A DNA stretch of 63,997 nt, the filler included, from Candidatus Hydrogenedentota bacterium (GTDB lineage Bacteria > JBFMHD01), in the NCBI GenBank assembly GCA_040752395.1. It is 7 parts of 7 records of this genome, joined end to end, with 100 filler letters (N's around TTAATTAATTAA, not from the genome) between each part and the next. Parts side by side here need not be neighbours in the genome. Positions count along the whole stretch, not along the records: positions 51,483 to 58,534 come from JBFMHD010000143.1; positions 58,635 to 63,997 come from JBFMHD010000192.1; 5 more parts are not named here. One strand, written 5' to 3'. Under the pieces are notes generated by a model that was given only the letters and a program-made list of their open reading frames with translations, made no database searches and was not told the DNA's origin. Of the stretch, positions 51,653 to 60,771 are shown one piece after another. The translations under genes and the position numbers were made by a program. The first letter of the stretch is position 1, and the number at the start of each line of letters is the position of its first letter.

Positions 51653-52276
51653 ATGACGGATATATTCTATAATACCTGGCAGAATGGATATAAAAACTAT
51701 CATAAGAATAACTAAACTAAAATGTCTTTTTACAAAAGGAATATTGCCAAAAAAATAACCACTATAAACGCAGATCCAAACCCAGAGTATACCACCAAAT
51801 ACATTATAACATATAAATCTGAAATAACTCATTGTACCAATGCCTGCAACAAACGGTGCAAAGGTACGAATAATCGGGATAAATCGTGCTATCACAATAG
51901 TCTTTCCACCATATTTTTCATAGAATCTATGGGTACGATTAAGATACTCTTTATTTAAAAAACGAACATTTTCTTTATAAAATATTTTGGGACCTACCTT
52001 ATACCCGATCCAGTAATTTACAGTATCGCCTAAAATAGCAGCTAAACTAAGAAGTATAAATAGCCATTTATGGTCGAGTGCTCCAGTACAAGCGAATGTT
52101 CCAGAAGCAAAAAGTAACGAATCACCTGGTAACAAAGGTGTTATAACGAGTCCTGTTTCACAGAAGATTATGATAAAAAGAAGTAAATACGTTCCTGTGC
52201 CGTATGTTTGGATAATCTCGTTAAGATGTTTATCAAGATGTAAAAAAAAGTCGATAAAAAAAGATATCGGTTCCAT
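51617..52276 (-). CDS. dedA: DedA-family membrane protein
   Basis: FCETGL...[32 protein letters not shown]. Confidence 0.93.
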   Translation of the reverse strand: MEPISFFIDFFLHLDKHLNEIIQTYGTGTYLLLFIIIFCETGLVITPLLPGDSLLFASGTFACTGALDHKWLFILLSLAAILGDTVNYWIGYKVGPKIFYKENVRFLNKEYLNRTHRFYEKYGGKTIVIARFIPIIRTFAPFVAGIGTMSYFRFICYNVFGGILWVWICVYSGYFFGNIPFVKRHFSLVILMIVFISILPGIIEYIRHRGLRSTQRMKN

Positions 52277-52341
52277 TATAGTGGTATGAATAAATATATG
52301 TTATTTATATTTGTCAAGAAAAGAAGAGAAATTTATTTTAG

Positions 52342-52369
52342 TAAAGACTTGTTTACATAATACCGATAA
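52342..52369 (+). promoter_or_regulatory. Sigma-28-type promoter upstream of motA
   Basis: TAAA-N16-ACCGATAA about 60 nt upstream of the motA start. Confidence 0.65.
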
Positions 52370-52427
52370 TATGATATAATATAAGTCCAGTTATGAGATA
52401 TCAATTTTTAATGGGGGGTAAGATCCG

Positions 52428-53249
52428 ATGTTTGGTATAAATCTAACAACTATTTTAGGATTAATCCTTGGCGTAGGGTCTGTATTTCTTTCAGGTGCGA
52501 TGGAGGTATTACATCTTAACCCCAAAGGCATTAATCCATTTTTGAAGCCATCAGCTATTATAGTAATATTCGGTGGTACGATAGGTGCCACGATGCTTGG
52601 TATCTCGTGGTCAACATTTCTTCGTATTCCTAAATTGCTCTGGCTTACGCTCAAAGAACCAAAATATGATCCCAAACAACTTATAAATACCTTTGTCAGT
52701 TTTGCAGAGAAAGCACGCAGAGAAGGGATACTTACTCTTGAAGCAGACCTCGAAGAGATCGAGGACTTATTTTTCAAAAAAGGGTTGCAATTAGTTGTTG
52801 ATGGTGTTGACCCTGAGACAGTGAAAGCTCTGCTTGAGAACGAGATTGAGAATACAAAACTCCGGCATAAAGAAGGTATGGATGTATTTAATCAGATGGG
52901 TGGATATGCACCAACAATGGGCATTGTTGGCACGGTGCTTGGACTTATAGCTGCGCTTGCAATGGCTGCTGCTGGCGAAGAGACAGGGAAAGTAGTTGGG
53001 GCTATTGCTACAGCATTTATCGCTACATTCTACGGTATCTCAAGTGCAAACCTGATTTTTCTTCCGCTGCAAGAGAAATTAAAGGTATTAGACGAGGTCG
53101 AGGAAAGATATCGTGAACTCGTTATGTTTGGCTTGATCTCTTTAATGAGTGGAGATAACCCGGGTATCGTTAATGAAAAATTGAGTGTATTTTTAAGAAA
53201 GCGAGAACGATACGGAGGAAGGGAAGAAGAAGCACAGGAGAAGAGATAA
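52428..53249 (+). CDS. motA: Flagellar stator protein MotA
   Basis: V.GGT.GA, ARREG.L.LE, APTMGIVGTVLGLI, ATFYG..ANL.FLP. Confidence 0.93.
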   Translation: MFGINLTTILGLILGVGSVFLSGAMEVLHLNPKGINPFLKPSAIIVIFGGTIGATMLGISWSTFLRIPKLLWLTLKEPKYDPKQLINTFVSFAEKARREGILTLEADLEEIEDLFFKKGLQLVVDGVDPETVKALLENEIENTKLRHKEGMDVFNQMGGYAPTMGIVGTVLGLIAALAMAAAGEETGKVVGAIATAFIATFYGISSANLIFLPLQEKLKVLDEVEERYRELVMFGLISLMSGDNPGIVNEKLSVFLRKRERYGGREEEAQEKR

Positions 53250-53260
53250 GGGGTGATTTT

Positions 53261-53968
53261 ATGGCAAGGAGAATAAAAGGCGCGGGTGGTGGGGGCGGTG
53301 GACATAGTGCAACCGGTGGTTTACGCTGGCTTCTTACCTACGCTGATATGATTACCCTGCTTCTTGCATTATTCATATTTTTTTATTCTGTTTCAGTAAT
53401 AAGTGAGGAGAAAGTAAGGGCATTCGGATTAGAATTCGCCCAGCAATTTGGTATTTTTGAAGGAGCTGAGAAACCATTGCCTGGTGGCAGAGGCTTATTA
53501 CCTTATGAGAAAACACTTATTGAGCGTAAAGCACGCGGTAAGAAATTATTAAAAAAGATTGAGCAGTACGGTGCGATAGTAAAAGAAGGCGAGCAAGGGG
53601 TGATAATTACTTTGACCGACCAGTTTCTTTTTGCACCGGGCTCAGCTCAACTTTTACCCGGGGCAGAAACCATTTTAGAAAACGTTGCGTTTTTTTTAAA
53701 AGAAATAGTACCTGACCAGTATTTTCGAATCGAAGGCCACACTGATAACAGTAATATCCGTTCTCCTTTATACCCTACAAACTGGGAACTTTCAGCCTGT
53801 AGATCAGCTGTGATTGCACGTTCATTAATTGATAAGTTTGGTATAGATTCGCAAAGGATATCAATAATCGGGTATGGTGAATATCGACCCATTGTCGGGA
53901 GTGTGGATAAGCAAACCAAAGAGGAGCAGGCAAAAAACCGAAGGGTAGAGATTGTTATTGAGCAGTAA
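53261..53968 (+). CDS. motB: Flagellar stator protein MotB
   Basis: WLLTYADMITLLLALF, EGHTD, NWELS..R, NRRVEI. Confidence 0.93.
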   Translation: MARRIKGAGGGGGGHSATGGLRWLLTYADMITLLLALFIFFYSVSVISEEKVRAFGLEFAQQFGIFEGAEKPLPGGRGLLPYEKTLIERKARGKKLLKKIEQYGAIVKEGEQGVIITLTDQFLFAPGSAQLLPGAETILENVAFFLKEIVPDQYFRIEGHTDNSNIRSPLYPTNWELSACRSAVIARSLIDKFGIDSQRISIIGYGEYRPIVGSVDKQTKEEQAKNRRVEIVIEQ

Positions 53969-54023
53969 TAAAGATAATATGTTGGCTTCAGGCTTCAGAA
54001 GCCTATTTAGTGAGTATTTACGA

Positions 54024-56531
54024 TTATGTCGAATAATATCTTATAGTGGTTTCAATAATTTTTGATATATCGATGCCTTCATTCGCTAAACGTTTTTTTC
54101 TATTTTCAAGTATCTGAAGTTGTTTAGTACGTCTATTTTCTTCTATACGAGCTATTCTTTCAAACGCTGGTACGCTGCTTAATCGGGTTCTTATCGGTTT
54201 GGGGAAAGGGACATATTGATAAAATATCTCCCGGTTGACTTTATTGAGTTTTATTATGGCTTCTCGCTCAAATTTTATCCATAGGTTATAGTCATAAGAA
54301 AATCGTTCCTGTGTGGAGCGATATTTAGTAAATAAAGATTTTAAATGTTCCTTAACCTCATCTGTTAAATCAGGATTTTTTTTATAGAATTGTATATAAT
54401 CATAATATTTACCAGTCAAACCACCCTCAACAGGGTCGCCCCAATTGTAACCAGCCATAGTCTTTGCTAATTCCCATCTAAAATGTGCAATAACATCTAA
54501 AAGTATATCTACAAAATCTTCGAGTATAAATACAGGGAACACAATCCTTCCGTGAGAATTACGTTTATTAGCGACAATTTCCTGCCAGACTATAGCTTTT
54601 GTCCCAACAACCGGTAAAATTATTATATTTGGATAAATCTCATCATAATAATAGTCAGTTTTATCAGCAATAACAAATTTTACCTCTCTAAAAAATACTG
54701 AGTAATCAAGTCCCATCAATGCAATAAGATTATTTTCTATAATCGATTTATTTAGAATAAATTTTCTTAGATCGACTTTTTTTAAGTAGAGCTCATCAAG
54801 TACAGGGAAGTCAAGACTTAACGACCCGGAACACATCCTTGATGAGGAGCGTATCATATTTTCGATTTCGAACTGTGCAAGATGATATTCTGATAGAACA
54901 AGTTTTTCGCCTTTTCTCAGGCTGTTTCTTTTTTCCTCGAGATGTTCTTCATAATTCTGCCCCATCTCAGTATTGCTTGGTGATTCCTTGCCGGAATTAA
55001 TGTACTCTATCCACTCGTCCATATAGTAAATCGGGATTTTTCTTGTTTTCTCTTCTGTCGGAAAAGGGAGTTGAGCTAATACCTCATTTGAAACAAGTGT
55101 TCTGTCCAGGAGCCCATATCTGAACAAATATTTGAAGTCCAGCGGTACATCGTTAATCTTTTTACAATACTCAAAAACTTTATAGACGATATCAAAGTAT
55201 TTAGAGCCGATATCTTTTTTAAGTCGTCTGACATGTGGTTCTGTATCAAATCTGTCCGGGAGACAATTGTATTCTTTAAGCCTTTTTAATAATTCTTCTT
55301 CTTCTGATCCTGTAATGATGCCGAATTCTATAACTTTTTTTAGAGGGTTGACATCGGGTATCTCCTGTTTCGTTATTTTAATGCCAGGTGCTTCTGCTTT
55401 TTGCCTTTCCTCTATTACCACTTCTTCCTTTTTTTTAATAAATATATTTAAATCTTTATATATTTGAGGTGTTTTAATAACTAAATTTGGTATTGATTTT
55501 CCCCATAGCTGTATATATTCATTATTTAATTCTGTTAACAAAGTAAATAAACGCTCCAGTATTAAGGCAACTCTTTCGACAAAAACCGTATTAATATCTT
55601 TTATATAATAAAAGATATCAAGCAGTGTTTTTATACAACTTGTTTCAGAATTAGCTAAAAGACGTAACGATTTGTCGGTTAAAATGCTTATATCGTATAA
55701 CTTTTTATCTATTAAAGCAAATCCATTACTGAAGAGTAAAATAAGATAATTTAAAGATTTACTATCTTCTTTTAAAAACTGTTCGAATTCAGGATAACTT
55801 ATTGAGAGTGCTCTATGAAGAATGTTAACAAGCCGTATATCAGGTACAAACTCATCTTTTTCTATATTTACCCCGTATTTTATATCTATCTCATCGCCAA
55901 GTCTCTGATTTAGGAATGATTCATCAATATTATCTATTCTTAAATTCTTCTCTTCTAATTTACCTATAAGAATTTCACCGCGTCGAAGAATAGGGTTCTG
56001 TAAAAAAGATAAGAGTATATTTTTTTTATCATGGGTAAGGAGGTCTTTTAATTGATTAATATAATACTTATTAATAATGGCGACATTATCTATAAGTATC
56101 TGGAGGTTAATCAAGTATTTATTTATTAAGTTATATCTTTCTACACTTTCAAGCAATCTCCTGGATAAAATTTTAGCAAGTGAGATCGCCACATCAGGGT
56201 GTTCCTGAAAGAACGTTATCATCTCTTCACGAGAAGAGGGTAGACGGATCAGAGAAGAATCGCAAGTAGCATAGACGCTTGCAGAACGCGGTATGTTTTT
56301 TATAAAACCAACCTCACCCACAGATGAATCTGGGTTGATTATAGCAATCCGTTTACCCTGTGATAAAATAACGTCTTCATTCAAAGGAAAATCTTTTTCT
56401 TCATTAATAATGACTTCTAATTCGCCTTTTTTAAGTATGTAAAAATAATCGGATTCAGAACCCTGAAAAAACAAAAACGTACCTTTTTTTATGTTTATAG
56501 TCTCAACCGAAGAGATTGTTTCAGTACCCAA
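54024..56531 (-). CDS. Cyclic-nucleotide-binding domain protein with a large uncharacterised C-terminal region
   Basis: N-terminal F.QG...Y.L..G...GE...PRSASV; no HTH recognised. Confidence 0.75.
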   Translation of the reverse strand: MGTETISSVETINIKKGTFLFFQGSESDYFYILKKGELEVIINEEKDFPLNEDVILSQGKRIAIINPDSSVGEVGFIKNIPRSASVYATCDSSLIRLPSSREEMITFFQEHPDVAISLAKILSRRLLESVERYNLINKYLINLQILIDNVAIINKYYINQLKDLLTHDKKNILLSFLQNPILRRGEILIGKLEEKNLRIDNIDESFLNQRLGDEIDIKYGVNIEKDEFVPDIRLVNILHRALSISYPEFEQFLKEDSKSLNYLILLFSNGFALIDKKLYDISILTDKSLRLLANSETSCIKTLLDIFYYIKDINTVFVERVALILERLFTLLTELNNEYIQLWGKSIPNLVIKTPQIYKDLNIFIKKKEEVVIEERQKAEAPGIKITKQEIPDVNPLKKVIEFGIITGSEEEELLKRLKEYNCLPDRFDTEPHVRRLKKDIGSKYFDIVYKVFEYCKKINDVPLDFKYLFRYGLLDRTLVSNEVLAQLPFPTEEKTRKIPIYYMDEWIEYINSGKESPSNTEMGQNYEEHLEEKRNSLRKGEKLVLSEYHLAQFEIENMIRSSSRMCSGSLSLDFPVLDELYLKKVDLRKFILNKSIIENNLIALMGLDYSVFFREVKFVIADKTDYYYDEIYPNIIILPVVGTKAIVWQEIVANKRNSHGRIVFPVFILEDFVDILLDVIAHFRWELAKTMAGYNWGDPVEGGLTGKYYDYIQFYKKNPDLTDEVKEHLKSLFTKYRSTQERFSYDYNLWIKFEREAIIKLNKVNREIFYQYVPFPKPIRTRLSSVPAFERIARIEENRRTKQLQILENRKKRLANEGIDISKIIETTIRYYST

Positions 56532-56583
56532 ATTTTATAACCTCCTCTTATTTCATATAATTCAAACCATTAGAAAATATTTG

Positions 56584-57192
56584 TCAAGACATAATGAAGG
56601 ATAATAAAAAATTTCGAAGATAATCAATGTTATATCTCGTTTTAGCAGAAACAGGAATTACTTCTATCCCCGTATATTCATTCCGTGTCTTGTTTATTAA
56701 GGCCAACCCAACACTTTTTTGGAGTTTGTCAAATTTATTCGCTGTAATTATAAAATTAATATTTAAATCTTTTAGCCATTCAATAAGAATTTTATCAAGT
56801 AAAGTCAGACCCACATTGCTATCAATTATCAATACTATGATTTTTAACCCGTGGGCGTTTTTGAAATAAACATTTAATAACTCCTCCCATTTTAATCTTA
56901 AAATCTTCGAGATTTTTGCGAACCCATATCCAGGGATGTCAACAAACAATCTGTCTGTATAAAATTTATCCTGATGTTTAATTTTTAAACCGAAAAAATT
57001 TATATATCTTGTTTTACCAGGTGTTTTACTGACAATAGCTAACCTTTTTTTATTACACAGAACGTTTATTAAGGATGATTTTCCCACATTTGATCTACCT
57101 GCAAACGCTATTTGCGATAATTGCAGTAAATCAATAAGTTTATCACCAAACCAGGATGTTATAAATTTCGCATCGCAAATTGTATAACCCAT
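56584..57192 (-). CDS. engB: Ribosome biogenesis GTPase EngB/YsxC/YihA
   Basis: AGRSNVGKSSLIN, SKTPGKT, DIPGYG, NKFD, VSA. Confidence 0.92.
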   Translation of the reverse strand: MGYTICDAKFITSWFGDKLIDLLQLSQIAFAGRSNVGKSSLINVLCNKKRLAIVSKTPGKTRYINFFGLKIKHQDKFYTDRLFVDIPGYGFAKISKILRLKWEELLNVYFKNAHGLKIIVLIIDSNVGLTLLDKILIEWLKDLNINFIITANKFDKLQKSVGLALINKTRNEYTGIEVIPVSAKTRYNIDYLRNFLLSFIMS

Positions 57193-57439
57193 AATAACGG
57201 CTCTACTCTATCTAAAAAAGAAATATGTTCAATAAAAAAAATTACGGATTCCCCCAACTGATCTTTCCACCCTGGCCAATAGTACCTTACAAATAAAAAC
57301 TTGACATTTTCAGCAAAAATATTTTACCACTGAAACACAGAATTACTGAAACACGGAATATGTTTCTGTATTTCAATAAAATTCAATCCGATAATGCTGG
57401 AATGATCCCCTGTCTGGTGTTTTTTCGATTATTCCGTGG

Positions 57440-57832
57440 TAATATTTCTTTTCCGATTTATTCGGGTCAGGAGTTCGTAATAATAGATACGAGCTCCGAG
57501 CTCCGAACTTTTTCGAAGGAGTCAACATGAGCGCGGTTTGCGCTCTACACAAAGTATGAAAAACTAAAGATGATATGAAAAGAGTCGTGAGTCGCAAGTC
57601 GTGAGTCAAAACAGGACTCGAGACTCAAGACTCAAGACTTTTCAGCAGGCTCCGGGCTTTTTGCTCCAGCCGGCTGTAGTCCGTAGCCTGTAGCCTGTAG
57701 CCCGTCCTGATACCTCTCACTTCTTCCGTTATCTTGCTTCTTGCCTCTTGCTTCTTTCGTTATCTTTCTTTCCGTTATCTTGCTTCTTGCCTCTATTTGA
57801 TATTATTAGAGTTACAACGTTTTTCAGAGGAG
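57440..57832 (+). repeat. Most complete modular repeat copy, ending in the SD of the antitoxin gene
   Basis: GAGCTCC, AGTCGTG/GACTCAA hairpin, CAGCCGGCTG, GTAGCCT, TTGCTTC blocks; terminal GTTTTTCAGAGGAGG. Confidence 0.93.
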
Positions 57833-57841
57833 GTAAAGAAG

Positions 57842-58048
57842 ATGACTATTCAAGCAGAATATCTTATTGATGAAAAAGGAGAGAAAAAATCCATAGTTTT
57901 ATCTATTAAGGATTATCTTAGATTGATGGAGTATCTTGATGATTTAGAGGATGCAGTAGATTTAAAAAAAGCAAAAGACCATCCCAAAGGGTTTATTGAG
58001 TTTGAGAATCTTGCCAGGCAGCTTAAAAGACAGGGTAGAATTCATTAA
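57842..58048 (+). CDS. Putative antitoxin paired with RelE
   Basis: ATG 57842; Y..DEKGEKKS.VL...Y..LME.L.DLED pattern; immediately upstream of relE. Confidence 0.7.
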   Translation: MTIQAEYLIDEKGEKKSIVLSIKDYLRLMEYLDDLEDAVDLKKAKDHPKGFIEFENLARQLKRQGRIH

Positions 58049-58050
58049 TT

Positions 58051-58302
58051 ATGTATCGTATCATTATTGAACGCCGGGCAGTTAGGGAGATCGAGTCTTT
58101 GCCCAATGAAATAATTCAAGACGTAATAGACGCAATTAAAAGTTTGAAGTCTAATCCGAGACCACATGGTGTCAAAAAATTAATTGAAGTGGACGGTTGG
58201 CGTATCAGAGTTAGAGACTATCGTGTACTTTACTTGATAGATGATGACAAAAGAGTGATCAGTATTTATAGGGTAAAGCATCGTTGTAAAGTATATAGAT
58301 AA
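58051..58302 (+). CDS. relE: RelE/ParE-family toxin
   Basis: L..NPRP.G.KKL....WRIRV.DYRVLY.IDD...HR..VY. Confidence 0.85.
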   Translation: MYRIIIERRAVREIESLPNEIIQDVIDAIKSLKSNPRPHGVKKLIEVDGWRIRVRDYRVLYLIDDDKRVISIYRVKHRCKVYR

Positions 58303-58325
58303 GCTATATTTTCCGGAGTAATTTT

Positions 58326-58534
58326 ATGGGTAAACTTACAGTAGTAGGTTCTATTGCGTATGATACAGTCGAGACGCCTTTTGGTAAACTGGAACGCAGG
58401 TTCGGCGGGTCTGCTATATATTTTTCTGTAGCTGCTTCTTTATTTACGCCAGTATATATGATAGGTGTAGTCGGTGATGATTTTGATCTTAATTTTTTGA
58501 AACGATTGGAGAAAAGAAGAATAGACTATCAAGG
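58326..58534 (+). CDS. PfkB-family carbohydrate kinase, N-terminal fragment
   Basis: VVGSIAYDTVETPFG...GGSA.Y....S...V.VVGDDF. Confidence 0.82.
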
Positions 58535-58634
58535 NNNNNNNNNNNNNNNNNNNNNNNNNNNNNNNNNNNNNNNNNNNNTTAATTAATTAANNNNNNNNNN
58601 NNNNNNNNNNNNNNNNNNNNNNNNNNNNNNNNNN
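58535..58634. other. Artificial contig-joining spacer
   Basis: N44-TTAATTAATTAA-N44. Confidence 0.97.
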
Positions 58635-58758
58635 AATGGCTTGAGGCACTGCCTCATCCGTCTCTTTGTCAACAAAATTTACGCTTATTAGGGCTGTAGT
58701 TCGCTCATTCAATATGGCATAGCAGCTTTCAAATGGCAGAATGGCTTAAGGCACTGCC

Positions 58759-59220
58759 TTATTCTAAAAAATTCTTTAATTTAAGCAAGGCTTTATCAAT
58801 ACAGATTTTAATCTCATCAAAAACATTTTTATATACTTCTTTTGGACCTAACAGTGGGTCTTCTATATCACCATTCAAATCAGCAAACTCTTTTAGAGTA
58901 AAAACTTTAATAGTCGGGTCAAACGTTAACAAATAATTTTTATGTTGTTCGGTCATTGTTAGAAATAAAGTATCTTTATCAATTAAATCTCTTGAAAAAA
59001 TTTTAGTTTTATGTTTTGAGTAATCCAATCCAAGCCTCTCTTTAATTAATTCAGCTGTAGTCTGGCTTACATAGGTTTCATCAATTGTATGTGTACCATA
59101 AGAAGATATTGCGTCTTTATGTTCTGGCAAATAATTCTTCAATATAGCCTCAGCTATGGGGCTTCTACAGGTATTACCTGTACATACAAATACTATTTTC
59201 TTCAATCTTAAGTACTCCAT
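58759..59220 (-). CDS. Low-molecular-weight protein phosphatase (YwlE-like)
   Basis: FVCTGNTCRSP, DIEDP; start may be TTG 59205. Confidence 0.88.
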   Translation of the reverse strand: MEYLRLKKIVFVCTGNTCRSPIAEAILKNYLPEHKDAISSYGTHTIDETYVSQTTAELIKERLGLDYSKHKTKIFSRDLIDKDTLFLTMTEQHKNYLLTFDPTIKVFTLKEFADLNGDIEDPLLGPKEVYKNVFDEIKICIDKALLKLKNFLE

Positions 59221-59800
59221 CTCGTATAATTCTGATTGTATCTTTTTCTATCTTTACAATGCTTGATGGTATTTCATCTCTATCATTATCAATAACAATC
59301 CAGTCAATCTTATTTTTAAACCATTTAATTACATTCTCTATTTTTCCTGCTCCCTTATCTCCAGCGGCGTTTGCACTTGGAGCTATAACAGGGAAATCAC
59401 ATAATTTTAATAAACGAAGTAAAGGTTTAAAATCAGGTATACGAAATGCCTGTGAATCTTTCACAGAGACATATTTATATTTTTTTTTACATTTTTCAAG
59501 AATTAAAGTGATCCTGCCGGGCCAGTATTTCTTTGCAAACATATTTTCTATTTTTGTGAGTTTACGACCTATAAATCCTTCAATTTTTTCTATTGAATCC
59601 GTGAGTATAATAAACCCTTGTTCTTTATCTCTGTTACGTTTTAATTCAAAGACCCTGTTTATAACATCTTCTCTATCGGCTCTTCCAAGAATCCCGTAGA
59701 TTGTATCGGTTGGAAAAACCCCTATTTCTTTATCTTTTAATTTGTAAGAAAAGTCTTCAAGTTTATCTAATATCTCAGATACCATATATATTTCAGTCAT
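59174..59800 (-). CDS. tsaC: Threonylcarbamoyl-AMP synthase (TsaC/YrdC)
   Basis: FPTDTIYG, LK..R, YWPG..T, R.P, APSAN, PS.IV, R.G. Confidence 0.85.
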   Translation of the reverse strand: MTEIYMVSEILDKLEDFSYKLKDKEIGVFPTDTIYGILGRADREDVINRVFELKRNRDKEQGFIILTDSIEKIEGFIGRKLTKIENMFAKKYWPGRITLILEKCKKKYKYVSVKDSQAFRIPDFKPLLRLLKLCDFPVIAPSANAAGDKGAGKIENVIKWFKNKIDWIVIDNDRDEIPSSIVKIEKDTIRIIRDGVLKIEENSICMYR

Positions 59801-60488
59801 ATTCTTTATTAATAATAAGAGTGAATTCTCCTTTGAGTGGTATTTCATTACTATAAATTTTATTCAATAAATCTTCACAATTTCCACGATAAATCTCTTC
59901 ATAAATTTTAGTCATTTCACGTGCAATGCATATTTTTCTATTTTTAAAGATTTCCTTTATAATCTCAAGTGTTTTTTTTATTTTATATGGTGATTCAAAA
60001 ATAACAACAGGTAAATTCAAATCATACAATTCCTGTAATCGTTTTCTTTTTTTACTGACGCGAACCGGCAAAAACCCTTCAAAAATAAAACGGTCGCACC
60101 TGAAACCACAGATAGAAACAGCGATATTTAAAGCAGAGGCACCTGGTATTGGAACAACTTTTAGATTCTCTAAAAGAACCTTATCAACAACGATATTTCC
60201 AGGGTCTTGTATTCCTGGTGTTCCGGAATCTGAGACAACTGCAACATTTTTATCATTTTTTAGTTCCTGAATGATTGTTTCTGACTTTTTAAAAGCTTCG
60301 AATTCACGAAGTCTATGTATCAATTTATTTTTAATCTCATATTTATACAGGATCTTTTTTATCTTATCTGGTGTTTCAGCATAAATAATATCAACCTCTC
60401 TAAGCGTTTTTAATGCTCGTAGTGTAATATCCTCAAGATTACCAACAGGTGTTCCAATTACATACAATCTACCGCTCATCTCTCCCAT
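59793..60488 (-). CDS. rsmI: 16S rRNA C1402 2'-O-methyltransferase
   Basis: LYVIGTPVGNLEDITLRAL, SDSGTPGIQDPG, FESP, RE.TK.YEE, KGEF. Confidence 0.93.
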   Translation of the reverse strand: MGEMSGRLYVIGTPVGNLEDITLRALKTLREVDIIYAETPDKIKKILYKYEIKNKLIHRLREFEAFKKSETIIQELKNDKNVAVVSDSGTPGIQDPGNIVVDKVLLENLKVVPIPGASALNIAVSICGFRCDRFIFEGFLPVRVSKKRKRLQELYDLNLPVVIFESPYKIKKTLEIIKEIFKNRKICIAREMTKIYEEIYRGNCEDLLNKIYSNEIPLKGEFTLIINKEYD

Positions 60489-60525
60489 CCTTGTAAAAAA
60501 GTCTCTGAAAAACCCAATTTTTGAA

Positions 60526-60583
60526 AAAAAAGCGAGTTTTATAAAATTAGTTCCTTAAAAATGATACTTTTAAAAGAGACCTG
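60526..60583 (-). repeat. Family B repeat, inverted copy
   Basis: Similar to the reverse complement of 27707-27770. Confidence 0.7.
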
Positions 60584-60639
60584 GTAAATAAAAATATAAA
60601 AAATCTATAAGCTTGACCAGAAAAAGTTTAGGAATATAT

Positions 60640-60755
60640 TATACTGCTCCCCTGAAACGTGAGACACTTTAAAGGGGAGGAAAAGAGGCACAAAGGCACA
60701 AAGATTCAAAATTCAAAATTCAAAATTAGGAGACAGGAGACAGAAGACAGGAGGA
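60640..60755 (+). repeat. IS-like terminal repeat followed by octamer/heptamer blocks
   Basis: TATACTGCTCCCCTGAAACGTGAGACACTTT, GGCACAAA x2, ATTCAAA x3, AGACAGG; matches 63951-63997 and 25392-25480 in reverse. Confidence 0.88.
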
Positions 60756-60771
60756 GTTAAAGGAAAGTGCT

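Noticed and set aside
52428-56531. Zorya-like defence system (MotAB homologues plus a large protein)
   Set aside because: MotA and MotB have canonical length and motifs with a sigma-28-type promoter; there is no long ZorA tail, and the large gene is convergent
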